DNA of 64,000 bases from Lingula anatina (lineage: Eukaryota > Animalia > Brachiopoda), in assembly GCA_051362555.1 (NCBI GenBank), contig CM120644.1:14530534-14594533 (forward strand), read 5' to 3'. Shown one piece after another: positions 28,567-40,483 of the stretch (positions are counted from its first letter, which is position 1; each line of letters opens with the position of its first letter). The position numbers and the translations under genes were made by a program. The notes under the pieces are model-generated. The model did no database searches, was not told the origin of the DNA, and was given only the letters and a program-made list of their open reading frames with translations.

Positions 28567-31500
28567 CTTATTTGCAATATTAAACAAAATTTACCTGCAT
28601 AATTATCACTGCTTCCTTATTATTAATCTAGCAGAGGGCTTTACCTTTGGGAGTTTACAGGGAAATATCAATAAGTGTGCTTTACGTAATCTCATTTAAT
28701 GGCCTATTAAAGCAAATGACTTTATAACTCTGAAATTGATCTACTGATACCCAAGGGTAATTTACAGACTGACCCACTCAAAGGTCTTCAGGCCCATAAG
28801 TCACACCTTAAGAAAAGCACAAAACCATAATGCCCAAAATAGGAGACTACCAATCCTGATGCAATAATACATTATGGTTAACTGCACAGTCAACATCAAC
28901 TTATGCACAACAGGTAACACAGACGAAAGTAAAAGCATAAGGCTCCAGGCCCATCAGAGTTCAAGTTTATACTTAGAAAGTGCCAGAATGAGAAAAATGA
29001 AAATTTCACAAAAAATGCATAAATACAATAAACATGATAATCCAATAGATCTGGTTTTCTCATGAGCTGAAGGCCAATCCTAAAAATCGTACTTGTAAGT
29101 TTAAAATCATAATAAGTAGCACAGTTTTCTTTTCATAATGTTTGCAGTAGCAGTGCAAAAAGATTGTTGTCAATTTTGATGTAACATTACATAATAAATT
29201 AGAGAATTATTATCACCAATTTTTGTTTATTGACTATAAATAGGATGGACATGTAGAAAATAGGATTATCATTTGGCTTCATGTCCATGGGAGCTCCGAG
29301 TCCCACAATGAATATGCCAAAAAGATAATGAATATTACACTAAAATGTATAATTTCCAGAAAAAGAAGCCAATTAGACTGCTTTTCTAACTCAGGCTGCA
29401 TTTTAGTCCTGTGTTTCTTTTTTGAAAGTTTGACAGTCATAAGTAACACGGTTTTCCCATAATGGTCATCAAGGCAGCAGCACCAAAAATTGTGTTTTCT
29501 TCTATTTTGATGCAACATTACATAATGCTTAACAGCATAATGATCATCGATTTTTAATAATAAAATATAAGTGTCATGGATTTTCACAAAATGTGACTAG
29601 CATGGGTCTTCAAGCCCGTGGAGGTTCGAAGTCACACCTTGGAAATGCCAATATGTGAAAAATTAAATTTTCACAAAAAACTGTTTAATTGCCAGAAAAA
29701 TTTACCAAACAGACTGCATTGCCTACTGAAGCTGTATTTTAGTCCCATGTTTCTTTCCTGTAAGTTTGAGAACAGTAAGTGACATGATTTTCCTTAAATG
29801 GTCATCATGGGAGCAGTGCCCAAAATAGGGGTTTCTTCAAATTTTGATGCAATATTACATAATGTTTTACAGCATAATGACCATCAATTTTTAATTATAA
29901 AATATTAGTATCATGGTTATTCAGAAAATGTAACTAGCAAAAGTCTTCAGGCCCATGGAACTTCAAAGTCACATATTGAAAATGCCAAAATGTAAACAAG
30001 ACAGCACTGTTCTAAAATGGGTTTATTTCCATTTTTAACACTTTTTTTAACATAAAACAAAATAAACAGTTTACTGCCATTTTTATATGACCAATGAAGA
30101 AAATTGATGAGATGGGAAAAGTATCAATAGAACAGTGTTAAATGTCCAACTTCCTCCATTCTGAGATTCTGAACATAGTGGATGAATGCATCTGACCAAC
30201 TGTAATGATATGAGTTTATTTCCATTTTTGACACTTTATTACACAATACATGATAACAAGTTTACCATCATTTTTACAAAATCAACTAACAATGTTGTAA
30301 AGATGTAGGAAATGTCAAACAAACACTTTTACGTATCTTATTAGTTCAATAATGAGACTGTTAACATGCCTAAGAATTGAATGTGAGGAAATGTGATAAA
30401 AACAGCATAACTTCTAAAATAATGGACTGATTATGCTGATTTTCAAACTCAACCTGTGTTTTAGTAAGATTGGCCCCTCCTGTGAGTATAATGACAATTG
30501 GCCAATCTGTTTTTCTTATATTGTGTTATCAGTGTTGCATATATATACTGAAAAAAGTGAAAAAACAGCATAAATTCCCTATAAGTGACCCGATCGTGCT
30601 GATTTTCGAACTTGACCTGCGTATTATGAATATTCATCAGTTCTGTAAGCTTCAAGCCAAAAGGTAAAATGGTTTTCCACTTATCGTGTTATCGGTGCTG
30701 CATATATGCTGAAAAAAGAGAAAAAATAGCCTAAATTCACTAAAAATGACCCAATCATGCTGATTTTCGAACTTGACCTGCGTATTATGTATATTCATCA
30801 GTTCTGTAAGTTTCAAGCCAAAAGGTAAAATGGTTTTCCACTTATCGTGTTATCGGTGCTGCATATATGCTGAAAAAAGTGAAAAAACAGCATAAATTCC
30901 CTATAAGTGACCCGATCATGCTGATTTTCGAACTCGACCTGCGTATTATGAATATTCATCAGTTCTGTAAGTTTCAAACAAAAAGAAAAAACAGTTTTCC
31001 ACTTATCGTGTTATCGGTAAAAGTGCACAGCGACGGCGACAACGGTGACGACGGCAACGACGGCGACGACAGACGCAGATGACGGCTATATGTACAGACA
31101 CATCTGTGTCTGTACATAAAAAGTCTACTGGCACATTCAGGATATGAATATCTAAGAATGTACTGGGGCATAGAAGAAGCAGTGCCTACTGTTTGAACAA
31201 CTTTTAGAATTTTTACCAGGTGTTTGACTAAATTATACTGCTATGGAGTGAAATAACTAAAATCAGATCTGGTATTCAAGCCTAACTCAATCCTATACAC
31301 ACACCTGGTTTTCTGCATCCTGATGCCAAACAATGTGCTCCATGGACTTCATAACTGTGGTCCCCAAACATTGCAATAAAACAGTGCGATGATCAACCAC
31401 TACATTTTTCTGCCAAACAACATCTTTATTATGCCGTAGTGCTATTCTCACATCTGGTCGAATAATGCCAAATGAAATAATTAGATCTTCCACTTTCTTC

Positions 31501-34018
31501 AGTTCTTCTTTTTTCTTGTTAACACTGTTGTAATACTGCTTACGAACAGGGAGGTTTTTGAAGAGATTGCAGGCCAAAATTGTAGTGCCTGGAATAAAAG
31601 AAATATAAGCTAGAATCTTTCCTCTCCCTCGTTATTTTTTTTTTAAATCTCTTTGTTCAGGCTTGGGTTCCCCTGATTATTCATTGAATTTAATAATAGT
31701 ATATATAAACTTGACCAACTGCTTATAAAATAATTTGCTTTGGCTAGAAAGTGGCTAAAATAATAAATAATTGATTACTTTTGTCTATTTCTCAATTGTC
31801 TCTGTTTATTTAAAACAAAATTGGGCAAAAATATATTTCATTAAATTAAATGTACAACTTATCATAATTTCAAATTATCCAAATTAAGAATTCCATTAAA
31901 AAATGAGAGTTGACACATTTTGTCCACTTTGTAACCTGATGCAAACAACTGTATGTGTGTGTGTGCGTGTGTGCATGCATGCCTATGTGTGAACAATGTA
32001 TACATGCTCACCATTAACTCTCACCTTGGCCAAGATGTGAGGCTCTTTCACTCAAGACATGTCCACTATGGTCCAGTGTGTATACAGTGCTGACCTCATC
32101 TTGGATTGTTTTAGTGGTCACTGCAACCTCGGACACTGCACACAGAGAAGCTGGAAATTCAGTGAAAAGTTCTGAGATATGTACTGAGATACAGGAAGAT
32201 TAAAGCAATAATAACTCTTCCTTTGAGATTCAAAATTCCGCATGAAATACATTGTAAACAACGCATGGAAATATATTCTATTGTATTTTACCACTAAAAC
32301 GGCCGTTATTGCAGTAAAACTAAAATCTGTGCTTGTCAATACGGCTTTCGATGCTTTCATCAAGGCATTCGTTGCTAATGACGTAATGGTGTCACGCGGA
32401 TTCTCGCGTTCATTCGAGACCAAAATAACATATGGTGCCAAACGCATTAATGCGGACGCAGACGTAAGTTGCGAGTTTTTGTACAGTGCGTCGGATAACG
32501 AAAAGCCCAGAATGGCACACATTGTGGATATTAATGTATTTTTAACGAAAAGACGAATATATCTCATGAATCTTATATAGTGTTGTTGTTGTCTGCTTTT
32601 CCCGCGGTTTTAAGTAGGTCAACAGTGACTATGCGATGTCAGAGAGAGCTCCGTCAGTTAAAATCTCTTAAGAGATTTTAACAAAAAACCGTACGTTTAG
32701 GAAAAAAACCCTGGATTAACTTTGAATGCAGAAATGGGGTCGCTGACCATTGGTAAGTACGGGAAAATTGCCGTTTACTCCAGAAAAATCCAATTTTTGG
32801 CCAAAATGAAGAGTTATTATGACTTTAAGATACCTAATACTTCAGGCCCGTAACCAGCGATTTCAAAGGGGGGGGTTCTTTTTTCTGAAAAAGTGGACCT
32901 TTTACCATATAATCCCCTAATACCTAGGTCATAATACCTAGGTCAAATTTTACCCCGAGTGGACCTTTTTCCAGCAAAAAGGGGGGTTCTTTCGAACCCC
33001 CCGAACCCCCCCTGGCTACGGGCCTGTACTTGTACATATATCATTCTTTTGTAGTCTGTGCCAAAAATTATTGTAATTAACAAAATGAATAGCTGAAGCT
33101 ACTTACTCATAGGGACACCAGGACCTACGAAACTACTGGCCCTAAGCAGAAACAATTGCCAATAACTAAACATCCCCCCCCAAGAGCTCTGGCCTTACTG
33201 ATAATTAAAATAAGAGATACATATGTACAAGGAAGTTCCTAGTATTTAATCTCTGAAACTCGGGCTACACTGTAGTACTGGTGACACTTGGAACTGCATC
33301 TCTTCATGGCCTTATCTTCATATCTAATGAATATCGAAGAGTCCATTTTATTTGATTAATTTTTTTCATTACCTAAGGCCTCGCCACGGAACCCATACAT
33401 GTCCAAGTTGTCCAAATCCTGCTGACCAGTTATCTTGGAGGTGAAATGTCTCTGACCCATGTAAGGAACATCTGATTTTTGGACACCACGCCCATTGTCA
33501 CGGACTTCTATCTTTTCAAGACCAAACTTTTCCTGCAAAAGGATAGGGATCTGTTTTAATATTGAACTGAACTATTTATCATATCGATGCTTTATGACAC
33601 ATCAATATATTCATAAATGTTAATTCACTGATCAATAAATGACCTAGTTGGGATGGGTAGGGAAGACAAAATACATAAATCCATAAAATACACTGTAACT
33701 TTTAAAATAATTATTAGTAGTATTGTTAAATTACTATGAATCATCAATTATTATGATTACTTATTTTTGTTTCAAAGTGTACAAAAGATTGAAAAAATTG
33801 TGAGAATGCTTCAAAAACGAAAAGTTAAATAAAACCAACAAATCAAACGACATAATATTATAATGAGCACTCACAAGTTTAATTTCCACCGCAGTTGCCT
33901 TTGCATCCAATGCATTTTCCACGAGCTCTTTAACTACACTGTACACAGAAGTTATAACTTGACCGCTGCCAATCAGACGCACCGTAGACGCTGGAAGCTG
34001 CTTAAGTCTGCTTTCCAT
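22049..34018 (-). CDS. PMS1: PMS1 homolog 1, MutL-family mismatch repair protein (about 1041 aa)
   Basis: Exons: 33875-34018, 33373-33532, 32025-32150, 31305-31588, 27467-27589, 26696-26836, 25241-26299, 24672-24806, 24109-24216, 23558-23853, 23165-23292, 22689-22882, 22049-22276 (3126 nt, in frame). GHKL ATPase motifs: [51 protein letters not shown]. The C-terminus is PMS1-type ([40 protein letters not shown]) and lacks the PMS2 DQHA endonuclease motif. Confidence 0.95.
24905..25113. mobile_element. Fold-back MITE in a PMS1 intron
   Basis: TIR ACTCTTGCTGAATGCAA / TTGCATTCAGCAAGAGT; contains AGTTAATTACCCCC, the reverse complement of the family's central motif. Confidence 0.7.
28218..28456 (-). 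mobile_element. Helentron-associated (HINE/DINE-1-like) element
   Basis: AAAACTAGAAAAGCACTTTGAGAGTGC hairpin followed by ACCTCTGCCAAGG; the other end has GACAGACAAACA and CCCCTTGGCAGAG...GGTAA. This is the typical sub-TIR, hairpin and microsatellite layout. Confidence 0.75.
28503..28565. repeat. (AT)n microsatellite
   Basis: Read directly. Confidence 0.95.
28780..31122 (-). mobile_element. Concatenated HINE-like elements with ~161-bp internal tandem repeats
   Basis: Perfect terminal palindrome TATGTACAGACACA-TC-TGTGTCTGTACATA (31089-31118) next to an A-run and a (GAC/GGC)n microsatellite. A 161-bp unit repeats about 3 times (30539, 30700, 30861). ACTAGCA...GTCTTCARGCCC ends recur at about 29596 and 29932. 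Confidence 0.7.
32204..32824. mobile_element. Kolobok-like non-autonomous transposon
   Basis: TTAA|AGCAATAATAACTC...GAGTTATTATGACT|TTAA; internal palindrome AATCTCTTAAGAGATT; homologous to 35731-36083 and 40115-40483. Confidence 0.75.
32843..33026. mobile_element. CAGG-TIR MITE with 5-bp TSD (hAT5-like)
   Basis: TACTT|CAGGCCCGTAACCAG...CTGGCTACGGGCCTG|TACTT. Confidence 0.85.
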
Positions 34019-34223
34019 GTCTTAAACTGCATAAAAAGCACATGAAATGCAGCACGAACATCGAGAAAAAGTGCAACCAGTGTTGTTTATAATCTGAATA
34101 CAGCGGGAAGCATGTAGGAAGTGACGTAAAGGAAGTCGCGATGACAGAACTACGCATGCGGGATACAACAAGACAATCTCAAGATCGTGTTGACAAGTCA
34201 GAAGAAACTTATTTCTGAGATAG
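34019..34223. promoter_or_regulatory. Putative bidirectional promoter for PMS1/ORMDL, including a non-coding ORMDL first exon
   Basis: About 200 bp separate the PMS1 ATG and a + strand donor (TAG|GTGAG at 34223/4). The region holds ETS-like GGAAG x3, an ETS-CRE composite GGAAGTGACGTAA (34117-34129) and an NRF1-like TACGCATGCG (34151-34160). The matching acceptor is at 35010. Confidence 0.7.
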
Positions 34224-35031
34224 GTGAGAAATTATTGATCTAGATTTAATGTATTGTCGTTGATAGGACGACGTCATAATCTCTTAATGTAACGTGCTTT
34301 ATAGCGGCGTAATATGAAGTCTCTGAGTTCTGATGCCACTAAAAATATGATGACAAAATTTAGGTTGTCGGTGTCAGTCGGAAACTTCCCCGCAGTCTTT
34401 ATTGACACGTAAGTTGGGTGGACGCCTAACAATACTTCTACTGTATCAAGCAAACTGGGAAAATTGCCAACGCTCTGTAGCTGAAATGGCATTAAATTAT
34501 GTCTCGGAACAACGAGCAGATTCCAAGCCACATCGAATTATTTACGCAGCAAACGATTGAAAGCATTGTAGGAGCTACTACATGATATATACGGCCTTTC
34601 AAAGTTTCATGCAACGTTGCACTTGCAGATCGATGACAGCTACAATGTAGAATAATTGTATTATGTGAAAAGATGTGTTAACATTGATATGAAACAGTCC
34701 CAATTAATAAGTGTTTTTAATGAATTCTGAGTGGATTTAAGCAATCTGCTTTAATGGTAAATTTTTTGATGGTCAGTGTTGCCAGTGAGTGAGTTGAAGG
34801 TTCACTCGTATGATAGTTTCTGTAAAACTTAAATTTATATTTCTTTATTGCAAGAAAAATTATGGTTTACTAGTATAAAAATAAACCCAGTATTTCCTTT
34901 TTAATTCTGACCAAAAGAAATGATAATAAAAAGAATAAATAAATAATTTTAAGTCGTATTTTATCAATTTCATACAAGTTGACTTAAAATAGACTCCTAT
35001 TTATTTTCAGAAGCGGAGATCAATCTCCAAG

Positions 35032-36921
35032 ATGAATGTGGGCACGGCCACCAGTGAACAAAACCCCACCCACTCCTATCTGAACAGCAAAGGAATGTGG
35101 CTGACATACATCCTACTGATTTCTGTTCTTCACTTCTTATTGCTCAGCTTTCCCTTCTTCACTGTGGCTTGGGTCTGGACATGCACAAATGTCATACACA
35201 ATATAGTGAGTATTCTGAAAATAAGCAGAGTTGTCATGGGCAGCTTTACTGTGAGACAAAAAACTCATAAAGAGAAGAGTTTACGTTCACTTGTTCTATA
35301 TGTTAGAAGAGAAATATCTTTTCAATAGGGGGAAAATTGTGAATTTTACAGATATCATTTTTAAGTAATAATTTCTTGAAATTGAAACATTACCATTGAG
35401 AAACAGTTAACAAAATTAAGAAGAAAGCTTCTCTGTCATGGTCCTTTTCTGTGATGTAAAAGCACCACAAATATAATTTTGTGATTATAAAATTACGAAT
35501 CTGAAAGATTGATAATATTTGCCCATTGCAAAGATGATCATTGTATTACTAAATTCCTGCGGAAAGTTAATGCACTTCTGTTGTATAATTTATCCTTTAA
35601 TCCAACATTTTACATTGAAAATAGCTAGAAGTCACAAAAGAACATTCGTGAGAATCCCCCGCAGAGTTGGATTTACCCAGCTACATAGAACAATAGTTGA
35701 ATCTAACTGCAGTCTAAATAATAACTTTAAAGGGATAATTACTCTTTGTATGAGATCTATATTTCACAACAAAGACATTTTAAACAACTCATAGAAATAT
35801 AATATATTCTGTTTTACCACAAAAACTGCAGTTATAGCTATTATTGTGATATCGCAGCTTGTCATCGGATCACGAGACCTCCATAGATGGCTATATTCTG
35901 TTATAATCTCTTAAGAGATTATTACAAAAAAAAAAAAAAAGAAAAAAAAAAACTTTTTAGAAAAAATTCAGGGACTAACTTTGAATGAAGAAATTGATTC
36001 ATTAACCATTGGTAAGTATGGGAAATTTGTTGTTTACTCCAAGAAAATTCATTTTTTGGCCAAAACGAACACTTATTATCCCTTTAAGCCAATCTATGAT
36101 GAACCTACTATAATTGTAACTTTGAACACATACCTCTTTCATAATCATGTCTTTGGTTCTGATTATAAGCATTTGTCCTTTTTTCTTCCAGATCATGTTC
36201 TTCACACTGCACATCACCAAGGGCACTCCTTGGGAGACGTCAGATCAGGGCAAGGAGAGGTTTATGACGCAGTGGGAGCAGATTGATTACGGGCAGCATT
36301 TTACAGCAACCAAAAAGTTTTTCACTCTTGTGCCAATAGTTTTGTAAGTCTTTTTTGTTTGGTTTATTTATTTATTTATTTACTGAAATTGAGTTCCTAT
36401 TTAACAACAATTTTTACATAGAAATGCATATATATTTATATATTATGTATGAACTATTTCACTCATTTTGTGTGTTCAACTTTAAATAATAGATGAATAT
36501 AGGATATTTCCAAATATTTACACACTTTGAAATTTTTAAAACACTGAAGCCAGATGTGCAACAAAAAAAATTTTTTTTTTTTGAAACTTTTTCATTTACT
36601 TTTGAGAGCAACCAAATGCACACAAAAGTTTGTCACCCCCTAACTGCTCGAGGACGCATGTCAATCAGTTAATCTAATTGCCTTTGGAGAGATGCCCCAT
36701 TCTAACGATCTACCCAGTACGATAGTTTTATTGGGATTGCACCGTATGTCGATCTGTTTGTGATATTTGTGTTTTATTTTTTCAGATTTTTCCTGGCCAG
36801 TTTCTACACAAAGTACGAAGCGACACATTTCGTCATCAATGCATCAGTTCTTGCTCTCAATATCATTCCAAAGCTCCCTCAACTCTACGGCGTGCGTTTA
36901 TTTGACATAAATAAGTACTGA
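35032..36921 (+). CDS. ORMDL: ORM1-like protein, regulator of serine palmitoyltransferase (153 aa)
   Basis: Exons 35032-35205, 36192-36343 and 36786-36921 (462 nt). Protein: [12 protein letters not shown]...NSKGMWLTY...WTCTNVIHN...[16 protein letters not shown]...[34 protein letters not shown]...[18 protein letters not shown]. Confidence 0.97.
35731..36083. mobile_element. Kolobok-like non-autonomous transposon
   Basis: TTAA|AGGGATAAT...ATTATCCCT|TTAA; same family as 32204-32824. Confidence 0.8.
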
Positions 36922-37525
36922 ATTCATGGACTTCTATTCATCATCATCATTATTATTTTTATTTTGTATTATTATTTGTATTATTATTGTTATTATGATG
37001 ATTGACCTACTGTTACTTCAGAAGGTTCAGTAGATTGTGATGCTACACTGGAGTAGCTCTGGCAATTTTTCTCTTAGCCAAATCACTACTTTTTCATCAC
37101 TTTTTTCTCCAAATGGTTAAAATTTGACTAAAACAAGTCGAATCAGCCATTTTTTGTTTAGCCAACTTGTCAGTTTTAGCATTTGGCTAAATTGGCGAGT
37201 GTTAGCACTATCCCAGCTACTAGTATGACTGCTACTACTACTACGTACTATTTTTACCACTACTACTACGTACTACTACTACTACTACTACTGTGTCAGC
37301 CACAGTCAGATGCTGAAATCTTTCGTTCTCTATCCGCTGTATCTTACATGTGGTGGATGAAGGAAATTTCAGGAATTCCCTAGTCAGGGCTCAGTTGATC
37401 AGTAACTGAGATGGACTGTCTCATATGAACTCACAGAGAAATACTGCTGGGGACTCCATACATTTAAGCGGTGTGGTTCATTATTATTGTATGAGAAGTT
37501 GAAATGTGGGATTATAATCTGCTAA

Positions 37526-37734
37526 GGGCCTGTTCAGAACCAAGTTGATTTGTGAACTAACTAAGTCATGGATCAAATAAGGCACGACCCACTTGAAAGC
37601 AGGCTGAGATTTAATTTCTTTGCCCTTGCAGGGAATAGGTGCATGGGAGGCAGGGAATCCATTGTCAAGAATGCACTATATTTTGGTTCCGCGGATGAGT
37701 TATTCCATGGATCAACTGGTTTCTGAACAGGCCT
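37526..37734. mobile_element. Harbinger-like MITE in the ORMDL 3' region
   Basis: TAA|GGGCCTGTTCAGAACCAAGTTGAT...ATCAACTGGTTTCTGAACAGGCCT|TAA. Confidence 0.8.
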
Positions 37735-37931
37735 TAACTTCTCTAACCTACTGGGCTGCACTGTGTGCACACACACCAGAAAATATATGAATTTAACAGG
37801 CATATTGTGGGGTATAAATGATAGACACATTTAAGCCCTAATTAATGGGTCAGATGACAGCTGTGGATACCTAATTAAGACTGAGAAGTGAATAATAGAC
37901 AGACACTGAAGGTAGTTTGGTAGATGTCTAA

Positions 37932-38387
37932 GAGGGCATCAGGGCTTGACACTAACTTTTTTCGATACTGGCCCGAGATATCGGTAAATATTAGGAGGAT
38001 AATTTGACACATGACATTTTACTTGCTCTTTGGGCCAGTGACCACATCGTTTCATGGCCCTAGGTTGGATTTCGGTGGCCAAGGGCCAGTGGGCCACCCT
38101 TAATGTCAAGCCCTGGGCATTTACAACAGGTTATCTACTGATCTGCGGATCGAATGTGTTAGCCCTACATGAAGGCAGAGCCAACTTATCCACTGATGGT
38201 CTTCCAGCCTCCACATGTGGCATGAGGTCTATCAATTAAACTTTGGAGCCATTATTTAAACCATTTAATGGCACGTGCGGCAGCAGGGAGACCATCAGGG
38301 GATTAGTGGGCTTTGCTTTCATGTAGGGTCTGCCATATTTGATCCGTGGATCAATAGATCGTAGGATCATCTGTTGCGAATGCCCTC
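37932..38387. mobile_element. Fold-back MITE interrupted by a nested CAGGG element (37940-38115, TSD GGCAT)
   Basis: Host ends are GAGGGCAT[insert]TTACAACAG...CTGTTGCGAATGCCCTC. The insert reads GGCAT|CAGGGCTTGACACTAA...TTAATGTCAAGCCCTG|GGCAT. Confidence 0.8.
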
Positions 38388-39646
38388 TGAAGGTGAAGAT
38401 TGCCTAGAAAAGAAAATGTTCAAGAAGATGTAAAAAGAAGTAATATATATATAGTTTTTGTAAAAAAAAAAAAAGGCATTTGAGACTGAGTTAGATTTTT
38501 TTGTTTATCTTCAAAAATTCTAACACAAGATGTGAGGATTTTGAAATGGCGTTATTCAGTTGGAAACTTCCCAGTAACAGGCATCATGAATTGAGGTGTA
38601 AAAATGCAATGTTTGTATTTATTTATTTATGAATGATTTTTATGTTATCTGAAAGTAAATGTATGAATTAGATGATCTTGTAAAATTAGAATTTTTTTAC
38701 GTCTTTGAATTAAGAAGAGGTCATTTGAGTTTGATACAGAAGATGCCATGAAGATGGATGTTCTTTTTGTACTACAGCACAATATTCAGACTATATTTTC
38801 AACTTGGGTTTTAGAATCCATTAAAATGCTGACAAATATAGAAAGTCGTGGTCGTGTTCCAGGAAAGGACGTCAAGGACCTCAAAAAGAATCATTTATAA
38901 GAGAATTTTTTAAAGTTTTCATGCTCATCAAAGCAACAAACTTGGAAAATGATGGATGCTTCTTCAAACCTATATTTGGTTTCAAGCAAAATATTTAAGC
39001 AACGTTTTTAGTGACTAGCAAAAGGAAGTCTTGATGATTTAAAGTCAATTTTTTAGTAGAAAAATCATAGAGATGAAGGAGTTTGTATATTTGCTTTCAT
39101 TTGTTTCTCCTGGCACGTTTTATAAAAAGTAGACTTATTACCGCATTTCCCAATGATTTTTAAGTGAAATATATAGGGCGAATATCCTCTGGTCTTTGAG
39201 ATGTTGTTTTAATATACATATATATTTGTAATATGTTTGTGTTATCTTGAAAATGATCAGTTGAAGAAATTGATGCCATTTAGAATGTAAATTGACTATA
39301 GATGGCGCACATGAACTCAGCCTTCAGTATGCTGGCCTTTGTTATTTTTGGGCCTAAATCAGATTAATTTTGTCGTTTTTTTCCTTTAGTTGAGATTGTC
39401 AAAATGTTATATTCGTGTTAAGGCTCGTTTGTATGAATTGTCACATTATTGTATTTAGCAAACACGCCTGTAACATAGCTCTGAGCATAATAAAGGGACG
39501 CATTGAAATTAATGAAATAAATAATGCTCTTTTGTTATAACGTCATGAGTCCTGTTTCACATGATATTAAAAAGTTAAGGACATAACATTCGTTGCATTA
39601 AAAACAGTGTTGAAGATGGCCCACTTCGTTAAATCAGATACACTAA

Positions 39647-39871
39647 GACCCCATTTCCATAGATTTTAGATCGATCTATCCCTGTGGGGAGTCTCACTAG
39701 ATTACTGTCAGCTTAGCCGGCTTAAGCGTCTGTCCCGCCTACTAAAAGCTGTAAGGGGGTAATTAACTATGGTGCGCGCTCGGCTGACTGCAATTTAGCC
39801 TGAACCCCCAGGGAGTTAGGTAGATCTAAATCTTAATCTCTGGATCGATCTAAATCTCTGGGAATACACCC
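39647..39871. mobile_element. Fold-back MITE, PIF/Harbinger-like
   Basis: TAA on both sides; near-identical to 12988-13213. Confidence 0.88.
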
Positions 39872-40114
39872 TAAATGTGGGCCTATTACATTAGAAGGTC
39901 TTGGACCAAATGACGCAAAATTGACTTCGAGGAGTTGATTATCCGATTTAAAAAGTCTAAAGCTTTGCCCAAAAAATTGATTTTTTTTCCTAAGGATGGG
40001 GGTCTCCGGCAAATATATTTTTTTAAAATTCCTGTGGACAATATCTTATTGTGAAGTATTTTTGGTAAGGTATATTCCCTCCACGTAATCGTAATATCCT
40101 GAACATTAAGTTAA

Positions 40115-40483
40115 AGAGATGACAGCTCTCATTTCGGTGGGAAGTGACAAAAAAAAAAAAAAAAAAAAAAAAAAAGACAAAGACAATTTTTTGGGAAAAA
40201 GACAATTTTTCATACTTTCTAATGGTAAATGAATCCGTTCCGATACTCAAAGTTAGTCAATTAATTATTATAATTATTATTTTTTTTTTTTTTTTTTGTT
40301 ATCTCTTAAGAAATTATTACGGAGGGTAGCCATATATGATGGTGGTCGACGTGGTCTGATGGCAAGCACAGATTTCAGAATAATTGCGCTAACCGCAGTT
40401 TTAGTGGTAAAGTGGAATTTATTATATATCTATGCGTTGCCTTCTACGTATTACGGAATCTCATATAAAGAGTTGTTATGTTT
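40115..40483. mobile_element. Kolobok-like element (reverse orientation relative to 32204 and 35731)
   Basis: TTAA flanks; ATCTCTTAAGAAAT core; GTTTTAGTGGTAAA is the reverse complement of TTTACCACTAAAAC in the 32204 copy. Confidence 0.65.

Noticed and set aside
30600-30970. Hammerhead-like CTGATGA...CGAAA on the - strand of the 161-bp repeats
   Set aside because: The intervening sequence does not form stem II (A-C at the closing pair, no complementary arms), and no stems I or III are evident.
32118-32580. 149-aa and 112-aa ORFs as a transposase or nested gene
   Set aside because: They lie mostly within a short non-autonomous element, overlap a PMS1 exon only out of frame, and have no recognisable motif.
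22049-34018. Annotation as PMS2 or MLH1
   Set aside because: There is no DQHA(X)2E endonuclease motif or MLH1 FERC terminus; the C-terminal motifs and the ORMDL neighbour indicate PMS1.
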